In this document: positions 8,747 through 17,834 of the stretch, in pieces
Position numbering within the stretch: the stretch's first letter is position 1
Layout: each line of letters starts with the position of its first letter
Translations under genes and position numbers: made by a program
The notes under the pieces: generated by a model
What the model was told of the DNA's origin: nothing
Database searches by the model: none
Seen by the model: only the letters and a program-made list of their open reading frames with translations
Origin: an uncultured Polaribacter sp.
GTDB lineage: Bacteria; Bacteroidota; Bacteroidia; Flavobacteriales; Flavobacteriaceae
NCBI GenBank assembly: GCA_938084845.1
Contig: CALKEB010000001.1
Coordinates: 14,948-78,947 of the forward strand
Direction of reading: 5' to 3'
DNA: 64,000 nt

Positions 8747-8974
8747 TTAAGCTGCCGTTAATGGTTTTCCTTTTAAACGCTTTTCAATTTTTTGCTTTTT
8801 TGCTGTTAAGCGTTTCATGATATCCATAAGCGTTGCGTCTTTTGTTTCTTTATAAATCTCATTTAATGCTAAGATTAAAGATTTTGCTTCTCTAGAAGCT
8901 AAAATACGATCGCTCGTTGTTGGAAACCTCATTTTTCTGTTCTCAAATTCGATTGCTTTATCAATTAAATCCAT
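8747..8974 (-). CDS. small helical hypothetical protein, paralog A (75 aa)
   Basis: Paralog of 8456..8671; starts 2 nt after the folE stop. Confidence 0.85.
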   Translation of the reverse strand: MDLIDKAIEFENRKMRFPTTSDRILASREAKSLILALNEIYKETKDATLMDIMKRLTAKKQKIEKRLKGKPLTAA

Positions 8975-8976
8975 GA

Positions 8977-9675
8977 CTAATACTTTAAGGTGTTTTGTAA
9001 TTCGACTATTTTTTCTTGGCTATTAAATTTTCCTCCAAAGTAAGAGGTTACTGTAGATGAGGTATCGTCTTTAACACCTCTAGATGAAACACATAAGTGT
9101 TTGGCATCTATGATTACAGCAACATCTTCTGTATTTAAAACTGCTTTTAATTCTTCTGCAATTTGATTGGTTAATCGTTCTTGCACCTGTGGTCTTTTGG
9201 CATAGTACTGCACAATTCTGTTTAGTTTAGACAGCCCTATTACTTTCCCAGAAGAGATGTAAGCCACGTGTGCTTTACCAATAATTGGCACAAAATGATG
9301 TTCACAGTTAGAGTAAAATGTAATATTTTTTTCAACCAACATTTGGTTGTATTTGTATTTGTTGTCAAATAAGGCCGCTTTTGGCTTATTTGCAGGGTTT
9401 AGTCCAGAAAAAATTTCATCGATATACATTTTCGCTACTCTTTCTGGTGTACCTTGTAGGGAATCGTCTGTTAAATCTAGGCCCATGACATCCATAATTT
9501 CTCTGAAAAGGGAAGCTATTTTTTCTTTCTTTTTATGGTCAGAAATTTTAAAAGCGTCTTTTTTCATCGGAGTTTCTAAACCAGTAAAGAGATGTTCGTC
9601 ACCTACTTCTTCAAATGAAAAACCATTTAAATTTTGATCTGTTTGTTTTTCCTTAAGTATTACGTCTGTAATCAT
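8977..9675 (-). CDS. folE: GTP cyclohydrolase I
   Basis: TPERVAKMY, CEHH, GLSKLNR, RPQVQERLT, HLCVSSRG; likely start ATG 9675. Confidence 0.96.
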   Translation of the reverse strand: MITDVILKEKQTDQNLNGFSFEEVGDEHLFTGLETPMKKDAFKISDHKKKEKIASLFREIMDVMGLDLTDDSLQGTPERVAKMYIDEIFSGLNPANKPKAALFDNKYKYNQMLVEKNITFYSNCEHHFVPIIGKAHVAYISSGKVIGLSKLNRIVQYYAKRPQVQERLTNQIAEELKAVLNTEDVAVIIDAKHLCVSSRGVKDDTSSTVTSYFGGKFNSQEKIVELQNTLKY

Positions 9676-9737
9676 GTCCTTGTCTTTTTTATGTGCTGTC
9701 TCTAAGTACCCTAAACTTAAAAGCAAAGCACGGTTAG

Positions 9738-10013
9738 TTATCTTTTTGCTATAGAGTTATTTGATATTGATTTTTGTCTTGAACATTTGAATCTTCCTTT
9801 TTCGAATGTTCTTAATTTTTCATGTTTTGTTTTTCTTCCTTGAACCCTTTTTCGCCACATTTTAAAGCTACTAGGTTTCATTTCTTTTCGCATTAGGTTA
9901 ATCACCTCTTGTTCTTTTAATCCAAATTGAAAATGTATGGCTTCAAAAGTGGTTCTGTCTTCCCAGGCCATTTCAATAATTCTGTCAATTTCTATGTGGT
10001 TTAAAGTATTCAT
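9738..10013 (-). CDS. TIGR03643/DUF2805-family protein
   Basis: RIIEMAWEDRTTFEAI..QFGL, SFKMWRKRVQGRKTKH; likely start ATG 10013. Confidence 0.88.
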   Translation of the reverse strand: MNTLNHIEIDRIIEMAWEDRTTFEAIHFQFGLKEQEVINLMRKEMKPSSFKMWRKRVQGRKTKHEKLRTFEKGRFKCSRQKSISNNSIAKR

Positions 10014-10029
10014 TATTTTATGCTCCAAT

Positions 10030-10458
10030 TTATAGGTGTTGAAAATCATATTGTTCGTCGTTCTTGATTTTAAAATCAATCAATTTTTCGATAAACTTTT
10101 TATTTTCTTTTAGCAATTTGTTATGCTTAAATCGCACAAAGTTTCCTTGTGCATGTATGCTAAACCCATTTGTTTTATAAATATGCAACTGATAATAAGG
10201 AATGGCCCAGCTAAAGTTTTTTAATCCTTTGTTTATATGTACCAATACCCCTTTTTCTCGTAACTCAATGTTGCCATAATTTAAATCGGACACCGAATTC
10301 ATCATATTTTTAAACCCCACACTAACTTCGTCAATAATCATTCTTTTAGAACCAGTGCCTTTTAATTTTAGGGCTTGAAAAAAAGAATAAGGTATTCCTA
10401 ATAAGCTGTTGATTGCCTTTTTTGTATCTTTATTAGTATGTGTTGTGTTATATAGCAC
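10030..10458 (-). CDS. hypothetical protein (142 aa)
   Basis: GTG start just downstream of a -7 element; co-oriented with the operon; no recognised family. Confidence 0.75.
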   Translation of the reverse strand: MLYNTTHTNKDTKKAINSLLGIPYSFFQALKLKGTGSKRMIIDEVSVGFKNMMNSVSDLNYGNIELREKGVLVHINKGLKNFSWAIPYYQLHIYKTNGFSIHAQGNFVRFKHNKLLKENKKFIEKLIDFKIKNDEQYDFQHL

Positions 10459-10462
10459 ACCT

Positions 10463-10515
10463 CAAAGATAATCAAAAAAAAGTTTTGTTTAATGAATATA
10501 TTTATAAGTTAAACA
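10463..10515 (-). promoter_or_regulatory. promoter -7 (TATCTTTG, 10463-10470) plus palindromic operator TGTTTAA-N16-TTAAACA (10486-10515)
   Basis: Perfect 7-bp arms, identical in arms and spacing to the site at 17083. Confidence 0.75.
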
Positions 10516-10554
10516 AAAATTAACAAAATATTTTGATTTGTGTATTCCTTTAAT

Positions 10555-12045
10555 TTATTGATTCCGAAGTAATTTCTTTCGGTCTAGGAGTGTATGTGTT
10601 TTTAGTATGCGGTAATTGTCTTTTAAGACCTCAGGATCTTTTTTTAACTCCCATAAAATTTTTGTTGCTTTATTGCGTGCCGCATTAAAATCTACAATAG
10701 GTCTAGGGTAATCCTTACCCAGTTCAAAATTATTGAATTGCTCATCTAAAGGAGTCATTAAAAAAGGCTGATGAATAAATGCGAGCGGTAAGTTTGCCAA
10801 CTCTGGGACCCATTGTTTTATAAAAACGGCTTCTTCATCATGAGCAATGCTATTTTTTATAGGATTGTACACACGGATGTCATTAATTCCAGTTTCACCA
10901 GCTTGCATATTTAATTGTGGAAAATGAATGCCGGGTTCAAAATCTAAAAATAATTTTGACAAGTGTTGTGAGGCATCTTGCCAAGGTTGCCAAAGAATAT
11001 GCGTAAAAAAGGAAACGAGCATAGAGCGCATTCTAAAATTCAGATATCCAGTAGCTGCTAAACATCGCATGCCTGCATCTATGATTGGAAACCCAGTATA
11101 CCCCTCTCTCCAAGCTTTTTGGTATTTTTCGGAAATTGACTTTTTAAGTTTATGATACCCTTTATTCATACTAACGGCTTCCATAGTATGTTCCATCTCA
11201 AATTTTTGAATAAAATGGGCTTGCCATCTTAATCTACTTGCAAATGCACCTAACGCTTTTTTGTTCTTATCGTTTTTGGTAAGAATTGCTTTTTGATAAA
11301 CTTGCCTAATGGATAAATTACCCCAAGCAATGTATGGAGAAATTCTACTACAGCTTTTTCTTGCTAGTGCTGGTTTTGAAATGGTGTGAACGTAATTTTT
11401 ATGCCGGTCTTCAAAAAAGCTATTGGCATAGCGCCACCCGGTTTTGATACCTCCTTTTTGAAAAGGAGTTTCTTTAGGTGTTTTTAGGTTGGTCGCCATA
11501 AAATGGCTTTCAATATTTTGCAAAGAATCTAGGCCAACTACTGTTGCTTTTTTTAAGTTATTTTGTAGTTGAGGTGCGTGCATATAGTCTTCCCACTGGT
11601 CTATCCAATCCTTTCTGTTTAAAAGGCCTCTTAGCACACCATTGTTAATGCTTTCTTTCCATTCAATTGAGTTGTTTCTGCAATACCTCGCAAAATCTTT
11701 GTCTCTTATAAAGGTTTTGAGCAATCCTGTTTCTTGGTGAGAGAATACGGTATGTATTTTATAAAAATTTTGTAATTGATTAAACACAGTAATAACCTCT
11801 GAGGTAACCGCAAGAATCTTCGTGTTAAATTCCACCAATGCTGCATTTAAGTCTTTTATAGACTCTTTAATGAAATTCCAATGCCGAATGTCATAATGAG
11901 GATCTTCTATCAACGAATTTTCGAATACATAAAGAAAAAGTATTGGTTTTTTAGCCAACAAAGCATTATAAATTGCCTCATTGTCTTGCAAACGTAAATC
12001 ACGTTTAAACCAAACTACGTTAATTTCTTCTAGATTAGTATGCAT
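10555..12045 (-). CDS. atypical cryptochrome/photolyase-family protein
   Basis: [61 protein letters not shown]. Confidence 0.9.
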   Translation of the reverse strand: MHTNLEEINVVWFKRDLRLQDNEAIYNALLAKKPILFLYVFENSLIEDPHYDIRHWNFIKESIKDLNAALVEFNTKILAVTSEVITVFNQLQNFYKIHTVFSHQETGLLKTFIRDKDFARYCRNNSIEWKESINNGVLRGLLNRKDWIDQWEDYMHAPQLQNNLKKATVVGLDSLQNIESHFMATNLKTPKETPFQKGGIKTGWRYANSFFEDRHKNYVHTISKPALARKSCSRISPYIAWGNLSIRQVYQKAILTKNDKNKKALGAFASRLRWQAHFIQKFEMEHTMEAVSMNKGYHKLKKSISEKYQKAWREGYTGFPIIDAGMRCLAATGYLNFRMRSMLVSFFTHILWQPWQDASQHLSKLFLDFEPGIHFPQLNMQAGETGINDIRVYNPIKNSIAHDEEAVFIKQWVPELANLPLAFIHQPFLMTPLDEQFNNFELGKDYPRPIVDFNAARNKATKILWELKKDPEVLKDNYRILKTHTLLDRKKLLRNQ

Positions 12046-13567
12046 CTAAATTGTTTATAATATGGTTGGCTTTTTGCTTAATATTGGCTCGGTCTTCTGG
12101 AGGCATTTTGTTTAATAAACTATACATCATTTTCATTCTAAAATTACTAGCAAGTTTATCTTGTTTTTCGTCTAAAAAGTTCCAGTATAGGGCATTAAAA
12201 GGACAAGCATCCTCTTCTATTTTCTTCGTTTTTTTATACACACAGCTATCGCAATAATTACTCATTTTACTAATATAGCTTCCGCTAGAAACATAAGGTT
12301 TTGTGGCTATTTTACCCCCATCTGCAAACTGACTCATTCCTCTAGTATTGGGCAGTTGTACCCATTCTATAGCGTCTACATAAATCCCTAAATACCAAGC
12401 GTCTATTTCATCTGGATTTATTTGGGTAAGCAACGCAAAATTACCAGTAATCATTAGGCGTTGTATGTGGTGTGCATACCCATTATCTAAGGAGTTGTTT
12501 ACCACATTTTTTAAACAATTCATTTTTGTTTTTCCCGTCCAAAAAAAGTCGGGGAGCTTATTGGTGTTGTTTAAAAAGTTTTCTTTTTTGTAGTTAGGCA
12601 TCAGCATCCAATACATGCCTCTCATGTATTCTCTCCAACCAATAATTTGCCTAATAAAGCCCTCTACTTGCGATATTGCTATTTCAGGTTCTCTTTTTCT
12701 ATACGTTGCCAAGGCAGTTTCAACAATTTCTTTTGGAGAAATCATTTTGGTATTCATTGCAAAAGAGAGTTTAGAATGGTACAGAAATACCTGGTCTGTG
12801 TGCATTGCATCTTGATAATCTCCAAAATGCACTAACAAATGCTCACAAAAATAGTTGAGTTGTGCTAGGGCTTGCGTTCTTGAAATTGGATATTCGAAAT
12901 AGGTTTCATTAATCTTACCTAGTGTAGTAACTCCTGCAGCGCTAATCTCACGAACAATAGCAGATACATCATTATCAAAGTTAAGTGCAGGCGGAATTAA
13001 TACGTCTCCTTTCCATTTTTTTCTGTTGCTAGCATCGTAATTCCATTTGCCTCCTTCAGGCTGCTGGTTTACCATTAATATCTGATGTTTTTTACGCATA
13101 TTTCTGTAAAAACTTTCCATCAAAAATTGTTTTTTCCCCTTAAAGAAATGTGCTAGTTCATTTTTTTCTGTGTAAAAATGCTCTGTGCTGTAACAGTTTG
13201 TTGGTATAGATAAAGTGCTGCAAAATTCTTCTAATTGGGCTGTAAGTCTATATTCATCTGGCGCTTGGTATTCAAAACAATCAATTTTATGAAGGTCTAG
13301 TAGCTGGTTTATATTTTTAGTAAGCTCTTGTGTATTCTGGGTATCATTTAAGGTATAGTAAATAACCGAATGACCTTTACTTTTTAAGTCATTGGCAAAA
13401 TTCCTCATGGCTGCAAAAAAACCAGTTATTTTTTGAATGTGATGTTTTACATAGTCGGTTTCCTGACGCATCTCAAACAAACAATAGCTAGTATTTTCCG
13501 AGTTTTCTGAATACCAAGAATGTTCGCTGTTTAACTGATCTCCTAAAATTAATCGTAGTTTTTTCAT
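12035..13567 (-). CDS. FeS-BCP / prokaryotic (6-4) photolyase (Agrobacterium PhrB / Rhodobacter CryB type)
   Basis: LILGDQL, HIQK, GWREY, HHIQRLM, DAIEWV, KPY; four Fe-S Cys (MNC, YCDSC, ACPF). Confidence 0.93.
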   Translation of the reverse strand: MKKLRLILGDQLNSEHSWYSENSENTSYCLFEMRQETDYVKHHIQKITGFFAAMRNFANDLKSKGHSVIYYTLNDTQNTQELTKNINQLLDLHKIDCFEYQAPDEYRLTAQLEEFCSTLSIPTNCYSTEHFYTEKNELAHFFKGKKQFLMESFYRNMRKKHQILMVNQQPEGGKWNYDASNRKKWKGDVLIPPALNFDNDVSAIVREISAAGVTTLGKINETYFEYPISRTQALAQLNYFCEHLLVHFGDYQDAMHTDQVFLYHSKLSFAMNTKMISPKEIVETALATYRKREPEIAISQVEGFIRQIIGWREYMRGMYWMLMPNYKKENFLNNTNKLPDFFWTGKTKMNCLKNVVNNSLDNGYAHHIQRLMITGNFALLTQINPDEIDAWYLGIYVDAIEWVQLPNTRGMSQFADGGKIATKPYVSSGSYISKMSNYCDSCVYKKTKKIEEDACPFNALYWNFLDEKQDKLASNFRMKMMYSLLNKMPPEDRANIKQKANHIINNLDAY

Positions 13568-13568
13568 C

Positions 13569-14879
13569 TTAAAATAAGGTTTTTTCTAACCATAATTTTC
13601 TAAATTTATAGTTGCTGTCATATCTTTCTGCCTGGAACTGGGTGTTAAATTTTCGGTCTCTTGGATCGTTACCCACACCAGCAACATACATCCAATTTCC
13701 GTAATTGCTATGCACATCGAAATCGATGAGAATAGATTCAAAATAGGCTGCACCAATTCGCCAATCTAGTAACAATTCTTTGGCAAAATAAGAGGCTACG
13801 TTTTGCCTTCCTCTATTGCTCATCCAGCCTGTTTTTTTCAATTCAATCATATTGGCATTTACAAAATCATCTTTTGTATTTCCGTTAATCCAATTTTGAA
13901 TGTCTTTTTCATTGGTGCTCCATTGGTAATCTCGATTTAAAATTCCGCCGATTTTAAATATTTTAGATTGGTATTTCAAAGAAATGTACTTAAAATAATC
14001 TCTCCAGATTAATTCAAAAATAACCCAATAGGTAGATTGATTCGCACCAAATTCAGCTTCATATTTTTTAATCTGTTGGTATATTGTTCTTGCAGATAAA
14101 CTTCCATTCGCTAACCACGGAGAAAATTTTGTAGCATAATCTAAACCGACTAATCCATTTCTTGTTTTTTTGTAGAACCCTACTTTTTTACTTTCAAATA
14201 CATAATACTGAAGTCTTTTTAGTGCGGCTGTTTCTCCACCAGAGAAAGGGAAAGCCGAATGAGGATGTTTCTTAAAAGCACTAAAGCCCAATTGCTCTAA
14301 CGAAGGAATGGTTGTTGTATTCTCTATTCCATTTTCTTTTGGAAGTGGTGTAGTATGTATTACTTCTTGAATGCTTACATATTTCTCTAGTTTTTTTCTA
14401 AATGCGGTAAACACATCAGGAATATTGCTAAAATTTTTAGCAACTGTATCTGGGTGGTACAAAAATTGATCGTATGCTTCTTTAATTTTTACATTTTCCG
14501 GTAAACTTTTACTCACTAAAGCGTTGGTATTTGCTTCTTCTTGTGTCCATTCTTTTTGTGTGTAGATCTCACTTATGTTGTATTGGTCTACTACGGATTT
14601 TATGTTCTGCTCTGGTGCAGCTACATAGGTTAATAATGTTATATTTAGTAAACGTAGATTTTCTTTTAAATCAATAATTGTTTCCAGTAAAAATTGCGCT
14701 CTATATTTTTCTGTTTTTTTAAAACCATAGCCATCTTCTTTAAAATGGTTAGGATCAAAAAAGTAAACAGCAATAACTTTACTGTGGTTGGCAATTGCTT
14801 GTGCTACTGCTTTGTTGTCTTGTGTTCGTAAATTATTACGAAACCAAATTAAGCCTGTTGTGTTTTGTTTCTTCTGCAT
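13569..14879 (-). CDS. DASH-family cryptochrome
   Basis: [62 protein letters not shown]. Confidence 0.94.
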   Translation of the reverse strand: MQKKQNTTGLIWFRNNLRTQDNKAVAQAIANHSKVIAVYFFDPNHFKEDGYGFKKTEKYRAQFLLETIIDLKENLRLLNITLLTYVAAPEQNIKSVVDQYNISEIYTQKEWTQEEANTNALVSKSLPENVKIKEAYDQFLYHPDTVAKNFSNIPDVFTAFRKKLEKYVSIQEVIHTTPLPKENGIENTTTIPSLEQLGFSAFKKHPHSAFPFSGGETAALKRLQYYVFESKKVGFYKKTRNGLVGLDYATKFSPWLANGSLSARTIYQQIKKYEAEFGANQSTYWVIFELIWRDYFKYISLKYQSKIFKIGGILNRDYQWSTNEKDIQNWINGNTKDDFVNANMIELKKTGWMSNRGRQNVASYFAKELLLDWRIGAAYFESILIDFDVHSNYGNWMYVAGVGNDPRDRKFNTQFQAERYDSNYKFRKLWLEKTLF

Positions 14880-14989
14880 TTTTCGCTACAATATTTAACG
14901 TTATCCCAATTTTTTTCCCATTTTTTACGCCAGGTAAACGGTCTGTTGCAAATAGGACATTCTTTAGTGGGTAGGTGTTGTTTTTTCAA
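14849..14989 (-). CDS. DUF2256-family Cys-rich small protein (46 aa, missing from ORF track)
   Basis: TTG start; [46 protein letters not shown]; overlaps CRY-DASH start by 31 nt. Confidence 0.9.
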   Translation of the reverse strand: MKKQHLPTKECPICNRPFTWRKKWEKNWDNVKYCSEKCRRNKTQQA

Positions 14990-14992
14990 AAG

Positions 14993-16417
14993 TTAAGATT
15001 TAGCAATTTTTTGTATCATACCATTAAAAATAAACCAATGAAAGGGCACCACAGCATACCAGTACAGCCTGCCTGCAATTCCATGAGGTCTAAAGGTGGC
15101 TGTTTGATGTAAGGTGTTGTCTTTAATTTTAAATTCCAACCAAGCTTCCCCAGGCAAAATCATTTCTGCATACAATAACAGTTTGCCTTTTTCTTGATCG
15201 GCATAAATAACTCTCCAAAAATCTAAGGCATCGCCCACATTCAATTCAGAGGGGTGTCTTCTTCCTCTTCGTAATCCAGTTCCGCCAAAAAATTGATCAA
15301 TAAACCCTCTAAGTTTCCATAATAGGGTGCCATAGTACCAACCAGTTTCCCCTCCAATTGCCCATATCTTAGTTATTGTTTTGTTATGGTTGCTTATGGT
15401 TCTTGTTTTAATATCTTTAAAACAACCAAATTCGGGTACGTTTATAAATTCATGAACATATCTTTTTAGCTTGCCACTGCTTATGTAAGAATCTTTCCAA
15501 CTAGAAATAATACTATTTTGTTCAATTTTTTTAAAAGCCAATTGTACTGCTTTTTTGTAAGACACCGGATTTACGTCTAGGATGGTATTAATAGCGCTTT
15601 TTTTACCAATAACTTCCACACCCATAGAATTTACTAAAGAACTTGCTAATTTGTATGAGGTAGAGGTTACAAAATACAGCCAATAGGAAGATAGTTTTGG
15701 CGTCATCACAGGAACTGTAATAATGCTTCTTTTTAATTTTCTAACTTTTGCAAATTGTAACAGCATGGTTTTGTAGGTAAGAATCTCTGGCCCAAAAATA
15801 TCGTAAGAGTTATTGTATACTTCTTTTTTTGCTAATGCTTTATGCAAAAAAGACAATACATCTCTTATAGAAAGGGGTTGTGTTTTTGTGTTTAACCATT
15901 TTGGAGCGATCATAACAGGTAGTTTTTCTACCAAGTCTCTGATGATTTCAAAAGAAGAGCTACCAGAGCCAACAATGATTCCTGCTTTAAAAGTAGTCAA
16001 AGCATACTGATTAGATTGTAACGTGTTTTCAACATTTTTTCTAGACAGTAAATGCTTCGATAATTTAGTATCATTGGTAATTCCGCTTAAATAAATTACC
16101 TGTTCTATGGCAGATTTCTCTGCAAATTTTTTAAAATTTAACGCACATTTTTCTTCCAAGATATGAAACTCTTTGGCGGAGTTAGACATAGAGTGAATTA
16201 GATAGTATGCAACATCGATGTCTTTAGGAATAGCCTCTAAACTTGTGTTTTTTAAAAAATCGGCTTCTATTAAGGTAATATTAGCCTGATTTTTATAATA
16301 GTTTTCGGCTCTAATTTTATCTCGAACAGGACAAACAATGGTATGTCCATCATTTAATAATAATGGAATTAATCGTTTACCAATGTAGCCAGTAGCCCCT
16401 GTTACTAAAATTTTCAT
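14993..16417 (-). CDS. YbjT-like NAD(P)-binding oxidoreductase with DUF2867 C-terminal domain
   Basis: VTGATGYIG, YYLIHSM, IGGETGWYY, LDFWRV, AEMILPGEAWLEF. Confidence 0.88.
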   Translation of the reverse strand: MKILVTGATGYIGKRLIPLLLNDGHTIVCPVRDKIRAENYYKNQANITLIEADFLKNTSLEAIPKDIDVAYYLIHSMSNSAKEFHILEEKCALNFKKFAEKSAIEQVIYLSGITNDTKLSKHLLSRKNVENTLQSNQYALTTFKAGIIVGSGSSSFEIIRDLVEKLPVMIAPKWLNTKTQPLSIRDVLSFLHKALAKKEVYNNSYDIFGPEILTYKTMLLQFAKVRKLKRSIITVPVMTPKLSSYWLYFVTSTSYKLASSLVNSMGVEVIGKKSAINTILDVNPVSYKKAVQLAFKKIEQNSIISSWKDSYISSGKLKRYVHEFINVPEFGCFKDIKTRTISNHNKTITKIWAIGGETGWYYGTLLWKLRGFIDQFFGGTGLRRGRRHPSELNVGDALDFWRVIYADQEKGKLLLYAEMILPGEAWLEFKIKDNTLHQTATFRPHGIAGRLYWYAVVPFHWFIFNGMIQKIAKS

Positions 16418-16419
16418 TT

Positions 16420-17046
16420 TTATATTTTAAATTCCTTTGGTCTCTGGTAGGTGAGTTGTTTTTTAAATTTAGGAATGGCATACGTATCTAACCCGTTTAT
16501 TGTAGCAACATTTCCTTTAGATAAATTAATTAAGCCATCATCCTCTAATAGTTTATCTTCTATGTATAATTCTTGTATTTGGGATACAATTAGCATTACA
16601 TCATTAGAGGGTACATAAATTTCTTCAATAAATTTCATACTCATCTGAACAGGAGCCCCTTTTACAAATGGTGCTTTAAAATTGCCTTTAAACTCTGGTT
16701 CTAGGTCTGTCATTTCAAACTCAGAAATTTCGTCAGGATATTTGGCAGAGGTATGGTGTGCATCTTCTATAACATCTTCCCAAATATGGTTGATGGTAAA
16801 ATAGCCTAGGTCTTTAATGTTTTTATGGGTATTTCTTGGTACGGTGGTAGGTCTTAAAATAAAACCTAGCGTTGGTGGGCTAGATCCTAAATGTGTTACT
16901 GAACTAAAAACAGCTACATTGGTTACCCCTTCTTCAGAAATTGTACCTAGTAAATTAGCAGATTTAAATCCAGAACAACTATTGATTAAGTTGATTCTAA
17001 AAATTTTATTGAGATTGTAAATATCTTCTTGGTTAAAAAATTGCAT
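16420..17046 (-). CDS. flavin reductase (DIM6/NTAB) family protein
   Basis: GFKSANLLGT, NVAVFSSVTHLGSSPP, RNTHKNI, FTINH. Confidence 0.88.
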   Translation of the reverse strand: MQFFNQEDIYNLNKIFRINLINSCSGFKSANLLGTISEEGVTNVAVFSSVTHLGSSPPTLGFILRPTTVPRNTHKNIKDLGYFTINHIWEDVIEDAHHTSAKYPDEISEFEMTDLEPEFKGNFKAPFVKGAPVQMSMKFIEEIYVPSNDVMLIVSQIQELYIEDKLLEDDGLINLSKGNVATINGLDTYAIPKFKKQLTYQRPKEFKI

Positions 17047-17069
17047 TTTTTTGTTTTTGGTGATCCAAA

Positions 17070-17112
17070 CAAAGATACAAATTGTTTAATATAATAGTAT
17101 TTATGTTAAACA
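17070..17112 (-). promoter_or_regulatory. promoter -7 (TATCTTTG, 17070-17077) plus palindromic operator TGTTTAA-N16-TTAAACA (17083-17112)
   Basis: Head of the photolyase operon; same palindrome as at 10486. Confidence 0.75.
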
Positions 17113-17195
17113 GAAATTTACGTTAAAGTTTTAAGAAAATAAATGTTTCTGGATAAAAGAGAAGGAAAAATGAATAGAAACAAACTGTGAGTGTT

Positions 17196-17470
17196 TTAAA
17201 ATTTTAGAAACGCTTTCTTAATACCATTACTAACTTTTATTGGTATTTCTAATTTATTTGTATCATTCATCAAATTACCCATTACATCTTACACTTCTTA
17301 AATAATGCATTTGTAGAACTGATTTAGGTGCTCGTTAATTACTCTTGGTTCTTGATTAGTATCTTTTACACAGTTTTTAGAAGTGTTCAAATTTATAATC
17401 TTGATTCTCCTTTTTTAGCTTTAGATTGTTTTAGCCAAAACAGCATACTGAATGTGGTGGAAGTTTTCAT
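17196..17470 (-). pseudogene. eroded remnant of a Bacteroidetes tyrosine integrase (arm-binding N-terminus)
   Basis: ATG 17470 MKTSTTFSMLFWLKQSKAKKGESRL*, then in another frame NTSKNCVKDTNQEPRVINEHLNQ; lies about 210 nt downstream of the tRNA 3' end. Confidence 0.6.
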
Positions 17471-17624
17471 AATTTTTCGTTATTAAAGTTGTTAAACAAC
17501 TATTTTAAGACGACAGTCAAATCAATACAATTCGGTTCCCTTTTTGAGGTTTTATGATTTTGGTAACAGAATAGGTCACTTATTTGTTAAATTCAATCAA
17601 ATTTTATGGTTGTTTAAAAACTAC

Positions 17625-17658
17625 AAAACCTTGATAATCGTAAGATTACCAAGGTTTT
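17625..17658 (-). terminator. hairpin/terminator downstream of tRNA-Pro
   Basis: AAAACCTTGaTAATC-GTAA-GATTAcCAAGGTTTT. Confidence 0.7.
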
Positions 17659-17682
17659 GAACTTATATGATACTTAAAGTAG

Positions 17683-17757
17683 TCGGGGTGGCAGGATTCG
17701 AACCTGCGACCTCCTCGTCCCAAACGAGGCGCGATGACCGGGCTACGCTACACCCCG
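17683..17757 (-). tRNA. tRNA-Pro(TGG)
   Basis: Reverse complement CGGGGTGTAGCGTAGCCCGGTCATCGCGCCTCGTT-TGG-GACGAGGAGGTCGCAGGTTCGAATCCTGCCACCCCGA; complete cloverleaf; CCA not encoded. Confidence 0.97.
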
Positions 17758-17834
17758 ATAGTAGTCATCAATTTAGGTCTACAAATATAGAATAATATTT
17801 ATATATTGTATTTAAATTCTTGAAATTTATAGCT

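Noticed and set aside
9676-9726. N-terminal extension of FolE from TTG 9726 (similar extensions at 3416, 5722, 10079, 58952)
   Set aside because: Longest-ORF artefacts; downstream ATGs fit operon packing or promoter positions better
17492-17617. Isolated TTAAACA and TGTTTAA half-sites near the tRNA
   Set aside because: No partner arm at the 16-bp spacing
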